Below, one piece after another: positions 23,401 through 38,400 of a stretch of 64,000 bases of DNA. The DNA lies in the NCBI GenBank assembly GCA_964016885.1, contig OZ024762.1, forward strand, positions 4,216,001-4,280,000, written 5' to 3'. Numbering within the stretch: position 1 is the stretch's first letter; each line of letters begins with the position of its first letter. The DNA comes from Eledone cirrhosa. Its lineage: Eukaryota. The position numbers were made by a program, and so were the translations under genes. The notes under the pieces were generated by a model that had not been told where the DNA came from, searched no databases, and was given only the letters and a program-made list of their open reading frames with translations.

Positions 23401-26400
23401 CACACAGTCCACTACTGACCCCCCACTTCACACAGTCCACTAGTGACCCCCCACTTCACACAGTCCGCTAGTGACCCCCCACTTCACACAGTCCACTAGT
23501 GACTCCCCACTTCACACAGTCCGCTACTGACTCCCCACTTCACAGTCCACTACTGACCCCCCACTTCACCCAGTCCACTACTGACTCCCCACTTCACACA
23601 GTCCACTACTGAACCCCCACTTCACACAGTCCACTACTGAACCCCCACATCACCCAGTCCACTACTGACCCCCCACTTCACCCAGTCCACTACTGACCCC
23701 CCACTTCACCCAGTCCACTACTGACCCCCCACTTCACCCAGTCCACTACTGACCCCCCACTTCACACAGTCCACTACTGACCCCCCACTTCACACAGTCC
23801 ACTACTGACCCCCCACTTCACACAGTCCACTACTGACTCCCCACTTCACCCAGTCCACTACTGACCCCCCACTTCACCCAGTCCGCTAGTGACCCCCCAC
23901 TTCACCCAGTCCCCTACTGACCCCCCACTTCACACAGTCCACTACTGACCCCCCACTTCACACAGTCCACTACTGACCCCCCACTTCACACAGTCCACTA
24001 CTGACCCCACACTTCACACAGTCCACTACTGACTCCCCACTTCACACAGTCCACTACTGACTCCCCACTTCACCCAGTCCACTACTGACCCCCCACTTCA
24101 CACAGTCCGCTAGTGTCCCCCCACTTCACCCAGTCCACTACTGACCCCCCACTTCACCCAGTCCACTACTGACCCCCCACTTCACACAGTCCACTACTGA
24201 CCCCCCACTTCCCCCAGTCCACTACTGACCCCCCACTTCCCCCAGTGCACTACTGACCCCCCACTTCACACAGTCCACTACTGACCCCCCACTTCACCCA
24301 GTCCACTACTGATCCCCCACTTCACCCAGTCCACTACTGACCCCCCACTTCACACAGTCCACTACTGACCCCCCACTTCACACAGTCCACTAGTGACCCC
24401 CCACTTCACAGTCCACTACTGACCCCCCACTTCACACAGTCCACTACTGACCCCCAGCTCACACAGTCCACTACTGACCCCCCACTTCACACAGCCCGCT
24501 AGTGACCCCCCACTTCACAGTCCACTAGTGACCCCCCACTTCACCCAGTCCACTACTGACCCCCCACTTCACACAGTCCACTACTGACTCCCCACTTCAC
24601 CCAGTCCACTACTGACCCCCCACTTCACCCAGTCCACTACTGACCCCCACTTCACAGTCCACTACTGACCCCCCACTTCACACAGTCCACTACTGACCCC
24701 CCACTTCACCCAGTCCACTACTGACCCCCCACTTCACCCAGTCCACTACTGACCCCCCACTTCACAGTCCACTACTGACCCCCCACTTCACACAGTCCAC
24801 TACTGACTCCCCACTTCACCCAGTCCACTACTGACCCCCCACTTCACCCAGTCCGCTAGTGACCCCCCACTTCACCCAGTCCACTACTGACCCCCACTTC
24901 ACACAGTCCACTACTGACCCCCCACTTCACACAGTCCACTACTGACCCCCCACTTCACACAGTCCACTACTGACTCCCCACTTCACACAGTCCACTACTG
25001 ACTCCCCACTTCACCCAGTCCACTACTGACCCCCCCACTTCACAGTCCGCTAGTGACCCCCCCACTTCACACAGTCCACTACTGACCCCCCACTTCACCC
25101 AGTCCACTACTGACCCCCCACTTCACCCAGTCCACTACTGACTCCCCACTTCACACAGTCCACTACTGACCCCCCACTTCACACAGTCCACTACTGACCC
25201 CTCACTTCACCCAGTCCACTACTGACTCCCCACTTCACTCAGTCCACTACTGACCCCCCACTTCACCCAGTCCACTAGTGACCCCCCACTTCACTCAGTC
25301 CACTACTGACCCCCACTTCCCCCAGTCCACTACTGACCCCCCACTTCCCCCAGTCCACTACTGACCCCCCACTTAACACAGTCCACTACTGACCCCCCAC
25401 TTCACACAGTCCACTACTGACCCCCCACTTCACAGTCCACTACTGACCCCCCACTTCACCCAGTCCACTACTGACCCGCCACTTCACACAGTCCACTACT
25501 GACCCCCCACTTCACACAGTCCACTACTGACCCCCCACTTCACCCAGTCCACTACTGACCCCCCACTTCACCCAGTCCACTACTGACTCCCCACTTCACC
25601 CAGTCCACTACTGACTCCCCACTTCACTCAGTCCACTACTGACCCCCACTTCACCCAGTCCACTAGTGACACCCCACTTCACTCAGTCCACTACTGACCT
25701 CCCCACTTCACACAGTCCACTACTGACCTCCCCACTTCACACAGTACACTACTGACCCCCCACTTCACACAGTCCACTACTGACCCCCCACTTCACACAG
25801 TACACTACTGACCCCCCACTTCACACAGTCCACTACTGACCCCCCCACTTCACACAGTCCACTACTGACTCCCCACTTCACACAGTCCACTACTGACTCC
25901 CCACTTCACACAGTCCACTACTGACCCCCCACTTCACACAGTCCACTACTGACCCCCCACTTCACACAGTCCACTACTGACCCCCCACTTCACACAGTCC
26001 ACTACTGACCCCCCACTTCACCCAGTCCACTACTGACCCCCCACTTCACAGTCCACTACTGACCCCCCACTTCACACAGTCCACTACTGACTCCCCACTT
26101 CACAGTCCACTACTGACCCCCCACTTCACCCAGTCCAGTACTGACCCCCCCACTTCACCCAGTCCACTACTGACCCCCCACTTCACCCAGTCCACTACTG
26201 ACCCCCCACTTCACCCAGTCCACTACTGACCCCCCACTTCACCCAGTCCACTACTGACCCCCCACTTCACAGTCCACTACTGACCCCCCACTTCACACAG
26301 TCCACTACTGACTCCCCACTTCACCCAGTCCACTACTGACCCCCCACTTCACCCAGTCCGCTAGTGACCCCCCACTTCACCCAGTCCACTACTGACCCCC

Positions 26401-29400
26401 ACTTCACACAGTCCACTACTGACCCCCCACTTCACACAGTCCACTACTGACCCCCCACTTCACACAGTCCACTACTGACTCCCCACTTCACACAGTCCAC
26501 TACTGACTCCCCACTTCACCCAGTCCACTACTGACCCCCCCACTTCACACAGTCCGCTAGTGACCCCCCACTTCACACAGTCCACTACTGACCCCCCACT
26601 TCACCCAGTCCACTACTGACCCCCCACTTCACCCAGTCCACTACTGACTCCCCACTTCACACAGTCCACTACTGACCCCCCACTTCACACTGTCCACTAC
26701 TGACCCCCCACTTCACCCAGTCCACTACTGACTCCCCACTTCACTCAGTCCACTACTGACCCCCCACTTCACCCAGTCCACTAGTGACCCCCCACTTCAC
26801 TCAGTCCAATACTGACCCCCCACTTCCCCCAGTCCACTACTGACCCCCCACTTCCCCCAGTCCACTACTGACCCCCCACTTCACACAGTCCACTACTGAC
26901 CCCCCACTTCACACAGTCCACTACTGACCCCCCACTTCAGTCCACTACTGACCCCCCACTTCACCCAGTCCACTACTGACCCGCCACTTCACACAGTCCA
27001 CTACTGACCCCCCACTTCACACAGTCCTCTACTGACCCCCCACTTCACCCAGTCCACTACTGACCCCCCACTTCACCCAGTCCACTACTGACTCCCCACT
27101 TCACCCAGTCCACTACTGACTCCCCACTTCACTCAGTCCACTACTGACCCCCACTTCACCCAGTCCACTAGTGACACCCCACTTCACTCAGTCCACTACT
27201 GACCTCCCCACTTCACACAGTCCACTACTGACCTCCCCACTTCACACAGTACACTACTGACCCCCCACTTCACACAGTCCACTACTGACCCCCCACTTCA
27301 CACAGTACACTACTGACCCCCCACTTCACACAGTCCACTACTGACCCCCCACTTCACACAGTCCACTACTGACTCCCCACTTCACACAGTTCACTACTGA
27401 CTCCCCACTTCACACAGTCCACTACTGACCCCCCACTTCACACAGTCCACTACTGACCCCCCACTTCACACAGTCCACTACTGACCCCCCACTTCACACA
27501 GTCCACTACTGACCCCCCACTTCACACAGTCCACTACTGACTCCCCACTTCACACAGTCCATTACTGACCCCCCACTTCACACAGTCCACTACTGACCCC
27601 CCACTTCACTCAGTCCACTACTGACTCCCCACTTCACACAGTCCACTACTGACCCCCCACTTCACACAGTCCACTACTGACCCCCCACTTCACACAGTCC
27701 ACTACTGACCCCCCACTTCACACAGTCCACTACTGACCCCCCACTTCACCCAGTCCACTACTGACCCCCCACTTCACCCAGTCCACTACTGACCCCCCAC
27801 TTCACACAGTCCACTACTGACCCCCACTTCACACAGTCCACTACTGACCCCCCCACTTCACCCAGACCACTACTGACTCCCCACTTCACCCAGTCCACTA
27901 CTGACCCCCCACTTCACACAGTCCACTACTGACCCCCCACTTCACACAGTCCGCTAGTGACCCCCCACTTCACCCAGTCCGCTACTGACCCCCCACTTCA
28001 CAGTCCACTACTGACCCCCCACTTCACACAGTACACTACTGACCCCCCACTTCACAGTCCACTACTGACCCCCCACTTCACCCAGTCCACTACTGACTCC
28101 CCACTTCACCCAGTCCACTACTGACCCCCCACTTCACACAGTCCACTACTGACCCCCCACTTCACACAGTCCACTACTGACCCCCACTTCACCCAGTCCA
28201 CTACTGACCCCCCACTTCACACAGTCCACTACTGACCCCCCACTTCACACAGTCCACTACTGACCCCCCACTTCACACAGTCCGCTAGTGACCCCCCACT
28301 TCACACAGTTCACTAGTGACCCCCCACTTCACCCACCCACTACTGACCCCCCACTTCACACAGTCCACTACTGACTCCCCACTTCACCCAGTCCAGTACT
28401 GACCCCCCACTTCACCCAGTCCACTACTGACCCCCCACTTCACACAGTCCACTACTGACCCCCCACTTCACCCAGTCCACTACTGACCCCCCACTTCACC
28501 CAGTCCACTACTGACCCCCCACTTCACAGTCCACTACTGACCCCCCACTTCACCCAGTCCACTACTGACCCCCCACTTCACACAGTCCACTACTGACCCC
28601 CCACTTCACACAGTCCACTAGTGACCCCCCACTTCACACAGTCCGCTAGTGACCCCCCACTTCACACAGTCCGCTACTGACTCCCCACTTCACACAGTCC
28701 GCTACTGACTCCCCACTTCACAGTCCACTACTGACCCCCCACTTCACCCAGTCCACTACTGACTCCCCACTTCACACAGTCCACTACTGACTCCCCACTT
28801 CACACAGTCCACTACTGAACCCCCACTTCACACAGTCCACTACTGAACCCCCACTTCACCCAGTCCACTACTGACCCCCCACTTCACCCAGTCCACTACT
28901 GACCCCCCACTTCACCCAGTCCACTACTGACCCCCCACTTCACCCAGTCCACTACTGACCCCCACTTCACACAGACCACTACTGACCCCCCACTTCACAC
29001 AGTCCACTACTGACCCCCCACTTCACACAGTCCACTACTGACTCCCCACTTCACCCAGTCCACTACTGACCCCCCACTTCACCCAGTCCACTACTGACCC
29101 CCCACTTCACCCAATCCACTACTGACCCCCCACTTCACCCAGTCCACTACTGACCCCCCACTTCACAGTCCACTACTGACCCCCCACTTCACCCAGTCCA
29201 CTACTGACCCCCCACTTCACCCAGTACCCTAGTGACCCCCCACTTCACACAGTCCACTACTGACCCCCCACTTCACCCAGTCCACTACTGACCCCCCACT
29301 TCACAGTCCACTACTGACCCCCCACTTCACACAGTCCACTACTGACTCCCCACTTCACACAGTCCACTACTGACCCCCCACTTCACCCAGTCCACTACTG

Positions 29401-32400
29401 ACCCCCCACTTCACCCAGTCCACTACTGACCCCCCACTTCACCCAGTCCACTACTGACCCCCCACTTCACCCAGTCCACTACTGACCCCCCACTTCACAG
29501 TCCACTACTGACCCCCCACTTCACACAGTCCACTACTGACTCCCCACTTCACCCAGTCCACTACTGACCCCCCACTTCACCCAGTCCGCTAGTGACCCCC
29601 CACTTCACCCAGTCCACTACTGACCCCCACTTCACACAGTCCACTACTGACCCCCCACTTCACACAGTCCACTACTGACCCCCCACTTCACACAGTCCAC
29701 TACTGACTCCCCACTTCACACAGTCCACTACTGACTCCCCACTTCACCCAGTCCACTACTGACCCCCCCACTTCACACAGTCCGCTAGTGACCCCCCACT
29801 TCACACAGTCCACTACTGACCCCCCACTTCACCCAGTCCACTACTGACTCCCCACTTCACACAGTCCACAACTGACCCCCCACTTCACACAGTCCACTAC
29901 TGACCCCCCACTTCACCCAGTCCACTACTGACTCCCCACTTCACTCAGTCCACTACTGACCCCCCACTTCACCCAGTCCACTAGTGACCCCCCACTTCAC
30001 TCAGTCCAATACTGACCCCCCACTTCCCCCAGTCCACTACTGACCCCCCACTTCCCCCAGTCCACTACTGACCCCCCACTTCACACAGTCCACTACTGAC
30101 CCCCCACTTCACACAGTCCACTACTGACCCCCCACTTCACAGTCCACTACTGACCCCCCACTTCACCCAGTCCACTACTGACCCCCCACTTCACACAGTC
30201 CTCTACTGACCCCCCACTTCACACAGTCCTCTACTGACCCCCCACTTCACCCAGTCCACTACTGACCCCCACTTCACCCAGTCCACTACTGACTCCCCAC
30301 TTCACCCAGTCCACTACTGACTCCCCACTTCACTCAGTCCACTACTGACCCCCCACTTCACCCAGTCCACTAGTGACACCCCACTTCACTCAGTCCACTA
30401 CTGACCTCCCCACTTCACACAGTCCACTACTGACCTCCCCACTTCACACAGTACACTACTGACCCCCCACTTCACACAGTCCACTACTGACCCCCCACTT
30501 CACACAGTACACTACTGACCCCCCACTTCACACAGTCCACTACTGACCCCCCACTTCACACAGTCCACTACTGACTCCCCACTTCACACAGTTCACTACT
30601 GACTCCCCACTTCACACAGTCCACTACTGACCCCCCACTTCACACAGTCCACTACTGACCCCCCACTTCACACAGTCCACTACTGACCCCCCACTTCACA
30701 CAGTCCACTACTGACCCCCCACTTCACACAGTCCACTACTGACCCCCCACTTCACAGTCCACTACTGACCCCCCACTTCACCCAGTCCACTACTGACCCC
30801 CCACTTCACACAGTCCTCTACTGACCCCCCACTTCACACAGTCCTCTACTGACCCCCCACTTCACCCAGTCCACTACTGACCCCCACTTCACCCAGTCCA
30901 CTACTGACTCCCCACTTCACCCAGTCCACTACTGACTCCCCACTTCACTCAGTCCACTACTGACCCCCACTTCACCCAGTCCACTAGTGACACCCCACTT
31001 CACTCAGTCCACTACTGACCTCCCCACTTCACACAGTCCACTACTGACCTCCCCACTTCACACAGTACACTACTGACCCCCCACTTCACACAGTCCACTA
31101 CTGACCCCCCACTTCACACAGTACACTACTGACCCCCCACTTCACACAGTCCACTACTGACCCCCCACTTCACACAGTCCACTACTGACTCCCCACTTCA
31201 CACAGTTCACTACTGACTCCCCACTTCACACAGTCCACTACTGACCCCCCACTTCACACAGTCCACTACTGACCCCCCACTTCACACAGTCCACTACTGA
31301 CCCCCCACTTCACACAGTCCACTACTGACCCCCCACTTCACACAGTCCACTACTGACTCCCCACTTCACACAGTCCATTACTGACCCCCCACTTCACACA
31401 GTCCACTACTGACCCCCCACTTCACTCAGTCCACTACTGACTCCCCACTTCACACAGTCCACTACTGACCCCCCACTTCACACAGTCCACTACTGACCCC
31501 CCACTTCACACAGTCCACTACTGACCCCCCCCACTTCACACAGTCCACTACTGACCCCCCACTTCACCCAGTCCACTACTGACCCCCCACTTCACCCAGT
31601 CCACTACTGACCCCCCACTTCACAGTCCACTACTGACCCCCACTTCACACAGTCCACTACTGACCCCCCCACTTCACCCAGACCACTACTGACTCCCCAC
31701 TTCACCCAGTCCACTACTGACCCCCCACTTCACACAGTCCACTACTGACCCCCCACTTCACACAGTCCACTACTGACCCCCCACTTCACACAGTCCGCTA
31801 GTGACCCCCCACTTCACCCAGTCCGCTACTGACCCCCCACTTCACAGTCCACTACTGACCCCCCACTTCACACAGTACACTACTGACCCCCCACTTCACA
31901 GTCCACTACTGACCCCCCACTTCACCCAGTCCACTACTGACTCCCCACTTCACCCAGTCCACTACTGACCCCCCACTTCACACAGTCCACTACTGACCCC
32001 CCACTTCACACAGTCCACTACTGACCCCCCACTTCACCCAGTCCACTACTGACCCCCCACTTCACACAGTCCACTACTGACCCCCCACTTCACACAGTCC
32101 ACTACTGACCCCCCACTTCACACAGTCCGCTAGTGACCCCCCACTTCACACAGTTCACTAGTGACCCCCCACTTCACCCACCCACTACTGACCCCCCACT
32201 TCACACAGTCCACTACTGACTCCCCACTTCACCCAGTCCACTACTGACCCCCCACTTCACCCAGTCCACTACTGACCCCCCACTTCACACAGTCCACTAC
32301 TGACCCCCCACTTCACCCAGTCCACTACTGACCCCCCACTTCACCCAGTCCACTACTGACCCCCCACTTCACCCAGTCCACTACTGACCCCCCACTTCAC

Positions 32401-35400
32401 AGTCCACTACTGACCCCCCACTTCACCCAGTCCACTACTGACCCCCCACTTCACACAGTCCACTACTGACCCCCCACTTCACACAGTCCACTAGTGACCC
32501 CCCACTTCACAGTCCGCTAGTGACCCCCCACTTCACACAGTCCGCTACTGACTCCCCACTTCACACAGTCCGCTACTGACTCCCCACTTCACAGTCCACT
32601 ACTGACCCCCCACTTCACCCAGTCCACTACTGACTCCCCACTTCACACAGTCCACTACTGACTCCCCACTTCACACAGTCCACTACTGAACCCCCACTTC
32701 ACACAGTCCACTACTGAACCCCCACTTCACCCAGTCCACTACTGACCCCCCACTTCACCCAGTCCACTACTGACCCCCCACTTCACCCAGTCCACTACTG
32801 ACCCCCCACTTCACCCAGTCCACTACTGACCCCCACTTCACACAGTCCACTACTGACCCCCCACTTCACACAGTCCACTACTGACCCCCCACTTCACACA
32901 GTCCACTACTGACTCCCCACTTCACCCAGTCCACTACTGACCCCCCACTTCACCCAGTCCACTACTGACCCCCCACTTCACCCAGTCCACTACTGACCCC
33001 CCACTTCACCCAGTCCACTACTGACCCCCCACTTCACAGTCCACTACTGACCCCCCACTTCACCCAGTCCACTACTGACCCCCCACTTCACCCAGTACCC
33101 TAGTGACCCCCCACTTCACACAGTCCACTACTGACCCCCCACTTCACCCAGTCCACTACTGACCCCCCACTTCACAGTCCACTACTGACCCCCCACTTCA
33201 CACAGTCCACTACTGACTCCCCACTTCACACAGTCCACTACTGACCCCCCACTTCACCCAGTCCACTACTGACCCCCCACTTCACCCAGTCCACTACTGA
33301 CCCCCCACTTCACCCAGTCCACTACTGACCCCCCACTTCACCCAGTCCACTACTGACCCCCCACTTCACCCAGTCCACTACTGACCCCCCACTTCACAGT
33401 CCACTACTGACCCCCCACTTCACACAGTCCACTACTGACTCCCCACTTCACCCAGTCCACTACTGACCCCCCACTTCACCCAGTCCGCTAGTGACCCCCC
33501 ACTTCACCCAGTCCACTACTGACCCCCACTTCACACAGTCCACTACTGACCCCCCACTTCACACAGTCCACTACTGACCCCCCACTTCACACAGTCCACT
33601 ACTGACTCCCCACTTCACACAGTCCACTACTGACTCCCCACTTCACCCAGTCCACTACTGACCCCCCCACTTCACAGTCCGCTAGTGACCCCACACTTCA
33701 CACAGTCCACTACTGACCCCCCACTTCACCCAGTCCACTACTGACCCCCCACTTCACCCAGTCCACTACTGACTCCCCACTTCACACAGTCCACTACTGA
33801 CCCCCCACTTCACCCAGTCCACTACTGACTCCCCACTTCACTCAGTCCACTACTGACCCCCCACTTCACCCAGTCCACTAGTGACCCCCCACTTCACTCA
33901 GTCCACTACTGACCCCCACTTCCCCCAGTTCACTACTGACCCCCCACTTCCCCCAGTCCACTACTGACCCCCCACTTAACACAGTCCACTACTGACCCCC
34001 CACTTCACACAGTCCACTACTGACCCCCCACTTCACAGTCCACTACTGACCCCCCACTTCACCCAGTCCACTACTGACCCGCCACTTCACACAGTCCACT
34101 ACTGACCCCCCACTTCAAACAGTCCACTACTGACCCCCCACTTCACCCAGTCCACTACTGACCCCCCACTTCACCCAGTCCACTACTGACTCCCCACTTC
34201 ACCCAGTCCACTACTGACTCCCCACTTCACTCAGTCCACTACTGACCCCCACTTCACCCAGTCCACTAGTGACACCCCACTTCACTCAGTCCACTACTGA
34301 CCTCCCCACTTCACACAGTCCACTACTGACCTCCCCACTTCACACAGTACACTACTGACCCCCCACTTCACACAGTCCACTACTGACCCCCCACTTCACA
34401 CAGTACACTACTGACCCCCCACTTCACACAGTCCACTACTGACCCCCCACTTCACACAGTCCACTACTGACTCCCCACTTCACACAGTCCACTACTGACT
34501 CCCCACTTCACACAGTCCACTACTGACCCCCCACTTCACACAGTCCACTACTGACCCCCCACTTCACACAGTCCACTACTGACCCCCCACTTCACACAGT
34601 CCACTACTGACCCCCCACTTCACCCAGTCCACTACTGACCCCCCACTTCACAGTCCACTACTGACCCCCCACTTCACAGTCCACTACTGACTCCCCACTT
34701 CAGTCCACTACTGACCCCCCACTTCACCCAGTCCACTACTGACCCCCCCACTTCACCCAGTCCACTACTGACCCCCCACTTCACCCAGTCCACTACTGAC
34801 CCCCCACTTCACCCAGTCCACTACTGACCCCCCACTTCACCCAGTCCACTACTGACCCCCCACTTCACAGTCCACTACTGACCCCCCACTTCACACAGTC
34901 CACTACTGACCCCCCACTTCACCCAGTACGCTAGTGACCCCCCACTTCACCCAGTCCACTACTGACCCCCACTTCACACAGTCCACTACTGACCCCCCAC
35001 TTCACACAGTCCACTACTGACCCCCCACTTCACACAGTCCACTACTGACTCCCCACTTCACACAGTCCACTACTGACTCCCCACTTCACCCAGTCCACTA
35101 CTGACCCCCCCACTTCACACAGTCCGCTAGTGACCCCCCACTTCACCCAGTCCACTACTGACCCCCCACTTCACCCAGTCCACTACTGACTCCCCACTTC
35201 ACACAGTCCACTACTGACCCCCCACTTCACACAGTCCACTACTGACCCCCCACTTCACCCAGTCCACTACTGACTCCCCACTTCACTCAGTCCACTACTG
35301 ACCCCCCACTTCACCCAGTCCACTAGTGACCCCCCACTTCACTCAGTCCAATACTGACCCCCACTTCCCCCAGTCCACTACTGACCCCCCACTTCCCCAG

Positions 35401-38400
35401 TCCACTACTGACCCCCCACTTCACACAGTCCACTACTGACCCCCCACTTCACACAGTACACTACTGACCCCCCACTTCACAAAGTCCACTACTGACCCCC
35501 CACTTCACAGTCCACTACTGACCCCCCACTTCACCCAGTCCACTACTGACCCGCCACTTCACACAGTCCACTACTGACCCCCCACTTCACACAGTCCTCT
35601 ACTGACCCCCCACTTCACCCAGACCACTACTGACCCCCCACTTCACCCAGTCCACTACTGACTCCCCACTTCACCCAGTCCACTACTGACTCCCCACTTC
35701 ACTCAGTCCACTACTGACCCCCACTTCACCCAGTCCACTAGTGACACCCCACTTCACTCAGTCCACTACTGACCTCCCCACTTCACACAGTCCACTACTG
35801 ACCTCCCCACTTCACACAGTACACTACTGACCCCCCACTTCACACAGTCCACTACTGACCCCCCACTTCACACAGTACACTACTGACCCCCCACTTCACA
35901 CAGTCCACTACTGACCCCCCACTTCACACAGTCCACTACTGACTCCCCACTTCACACAGTCCACTACTGACTCCCCACTTCACACAGTCCACTACTGACC
36001 CCCCACTTCACACAGTCCACTACTGACCCCCCACTTCACACAGTCCACTACTGACCCCCCACTTCACACAGTCCACTACTGACCCCCCACTTCACACAGT
36101 CCACTACTGACTCCCCACTTCACACAGTCCATTACTGACCCCCCACTTCACACAGTCCACTACTGACCCCCCACTTCACTCAGTCCACTACTGACTCCCC
36201 ACTTCACCCAGTCCACTACTGACCCCCCACTTCACCCAGACCACTACTGACTCCCCACTTCACCCAGTCCACTACTGACCCCCCACTTCACACAGTCCAC
36301 TACTGACCCCCCACTTCACACAGTCCACTACTGACCCCCCACTTCACACAGTCCGCTAGTGACCCCCCACTTCACCCAGTCCGCTACTGACCCCCCACTT
36401 CACAGTCCACTACTGACCCCCCACTTCACACAGTACACTACTGACCCCCCACTTCACAGTCCACTACTGACCCCCCACTTCACCCAGTCCACTACTGACC
36501 CCCCACTTCACACAGTCCACTACTGACCCCCCACTTCACACAGTCCACTACTGACCCCCCACTTCACCCAGTCCACTACTGACCCCCCACTTCACACAGT
36601 CCACTACTGACCCCCCACTTCACACAGTCCACTACTGACCCCCCACTTCACACAGTCCGCTAGTGACCCCCCACTTCACACAGTTCACTAGTGACCCCCC
36701 ACTTCACCCACCCACTACTGACCCCCCACTTCACACAGTCCACTACTGACTCCCCACTTCACCCAGTCCACTACTGACCCCCCACTTCACCCAGTACACT
36801 ACTGACCCCCCACTTCACACAGTCCACTACTGACCCCCCACTTCACCCAGTCCACTACTGACCCCCCACTTCACCCAGTCCACTACTGACCCCCCACTTC
36901 ACCCAGTCCACTACTGACCCCCCACTTCACAGTCCACTACTGACCCCCCACTTCACCCAGTCCACTACTGACCCCCCACTTCACACAGTCCACTACTGAC
37001 CCCCCACTTCACACAGTCCACTAGTGACCCCCCACTTCACACAGTCCGCTAGTGACCCCCCACTTCACACAGTCCGCTACTGACTCCCCACTTCACACAG
37101 TCCGCTACTGACTCCCCACTTCACAGTCCACTACTGACCCCCCACTTCACCCAGTCCACTACTGACTCCCCACTTCACACAGTCCACTACTGACTCCCCA
37201 CTTCACACAGTCCACTACTGAACCCCCACTTCACACAGTCCACTACTGAACCCCCACTTCACCCAGTCCACTACTGACCCCCCACTTCACCCAGTCCACT
37301 ACTGACCCCCCACTTCACCCAGTCCACTACTGACCCCCACTTCACACAGTCCACTACTGACCCCCCACTTCACACAGTCCACTACTGACCCCCCACTTCA
37401 CACAGTCCACTACTGACTCCCCACTTCACCCAGTCCACTACTGACCCCCCACTTCACCCAGTCCGCTAGTGACCCCCCACTTCACCCAGTCCCCTACTGA
37501 CCCCCCACTTCACACAGTCCACTACTGACCCCCCACTTCACACAGTCCACTACTGACCCCCCACTTCACACAGTCCACTACTGACCCCCCACTTCACACA
37601 GTCCACTACTGACTCCCCACTTCACCCAGTCCACTACTGACTCCCCACTTCACCCAGTCCACTACTGACCCCCCACTTCACACAGTCCGCTAGTGTCCCC
37701 CCACTTCACCCAGTCCACTACTGACCCCCCACTTCACCCAGTCCACTACTGACCCCCCACTTCACAGTCCACTACTGACCCCCCATTTCACCCAGTCCAC
37801 TACTGACCCCCCACTTCACCCAGTCCACTACTGACCCCCCACTTCACACAGTCCACTACTGACTCCCCACTTCACTCAGTCCAATACTGACTCCCCACTT
37901 CACTCAGTCCACTACTGACCCCCCACTTCCCCCAGTCCACTACTGACCCCCCACTTCCCCCAGTCCACTACTGACCCCCCACTTCACACAGTCCACTACT
38001 GACCCCCCACTTCACCCAGTCCACTACTGACCCCCCACTTCACCCAGTCCACTACTGACCCCCCACTTCACACAGTCCACTAGTGACCCCCCACTTCACC
38101 CAGTCCACTACTGACTCCCCACTTCACTCAGTCCACTACTGACCCCCCACTTCACCCAGTCCACTAGTGACCCCCCACTTCACTCAGTCCACTACTGACC
38201 CCCCACTTCCCCCAGTCCACTACTGACCCCCCACTTCACACAGTACACTACTGACCCCCCACTTCACACAGTCCACTACTGACCCCCCACTTCACACAGT
38301 CCACTACTGACCCCCCACTTCACACAGTCCACTACTGACCCCCCACTTCACAGTCCACTACTGACTCCCCACTTCACACAGTCCACTACTGACCCCCCAC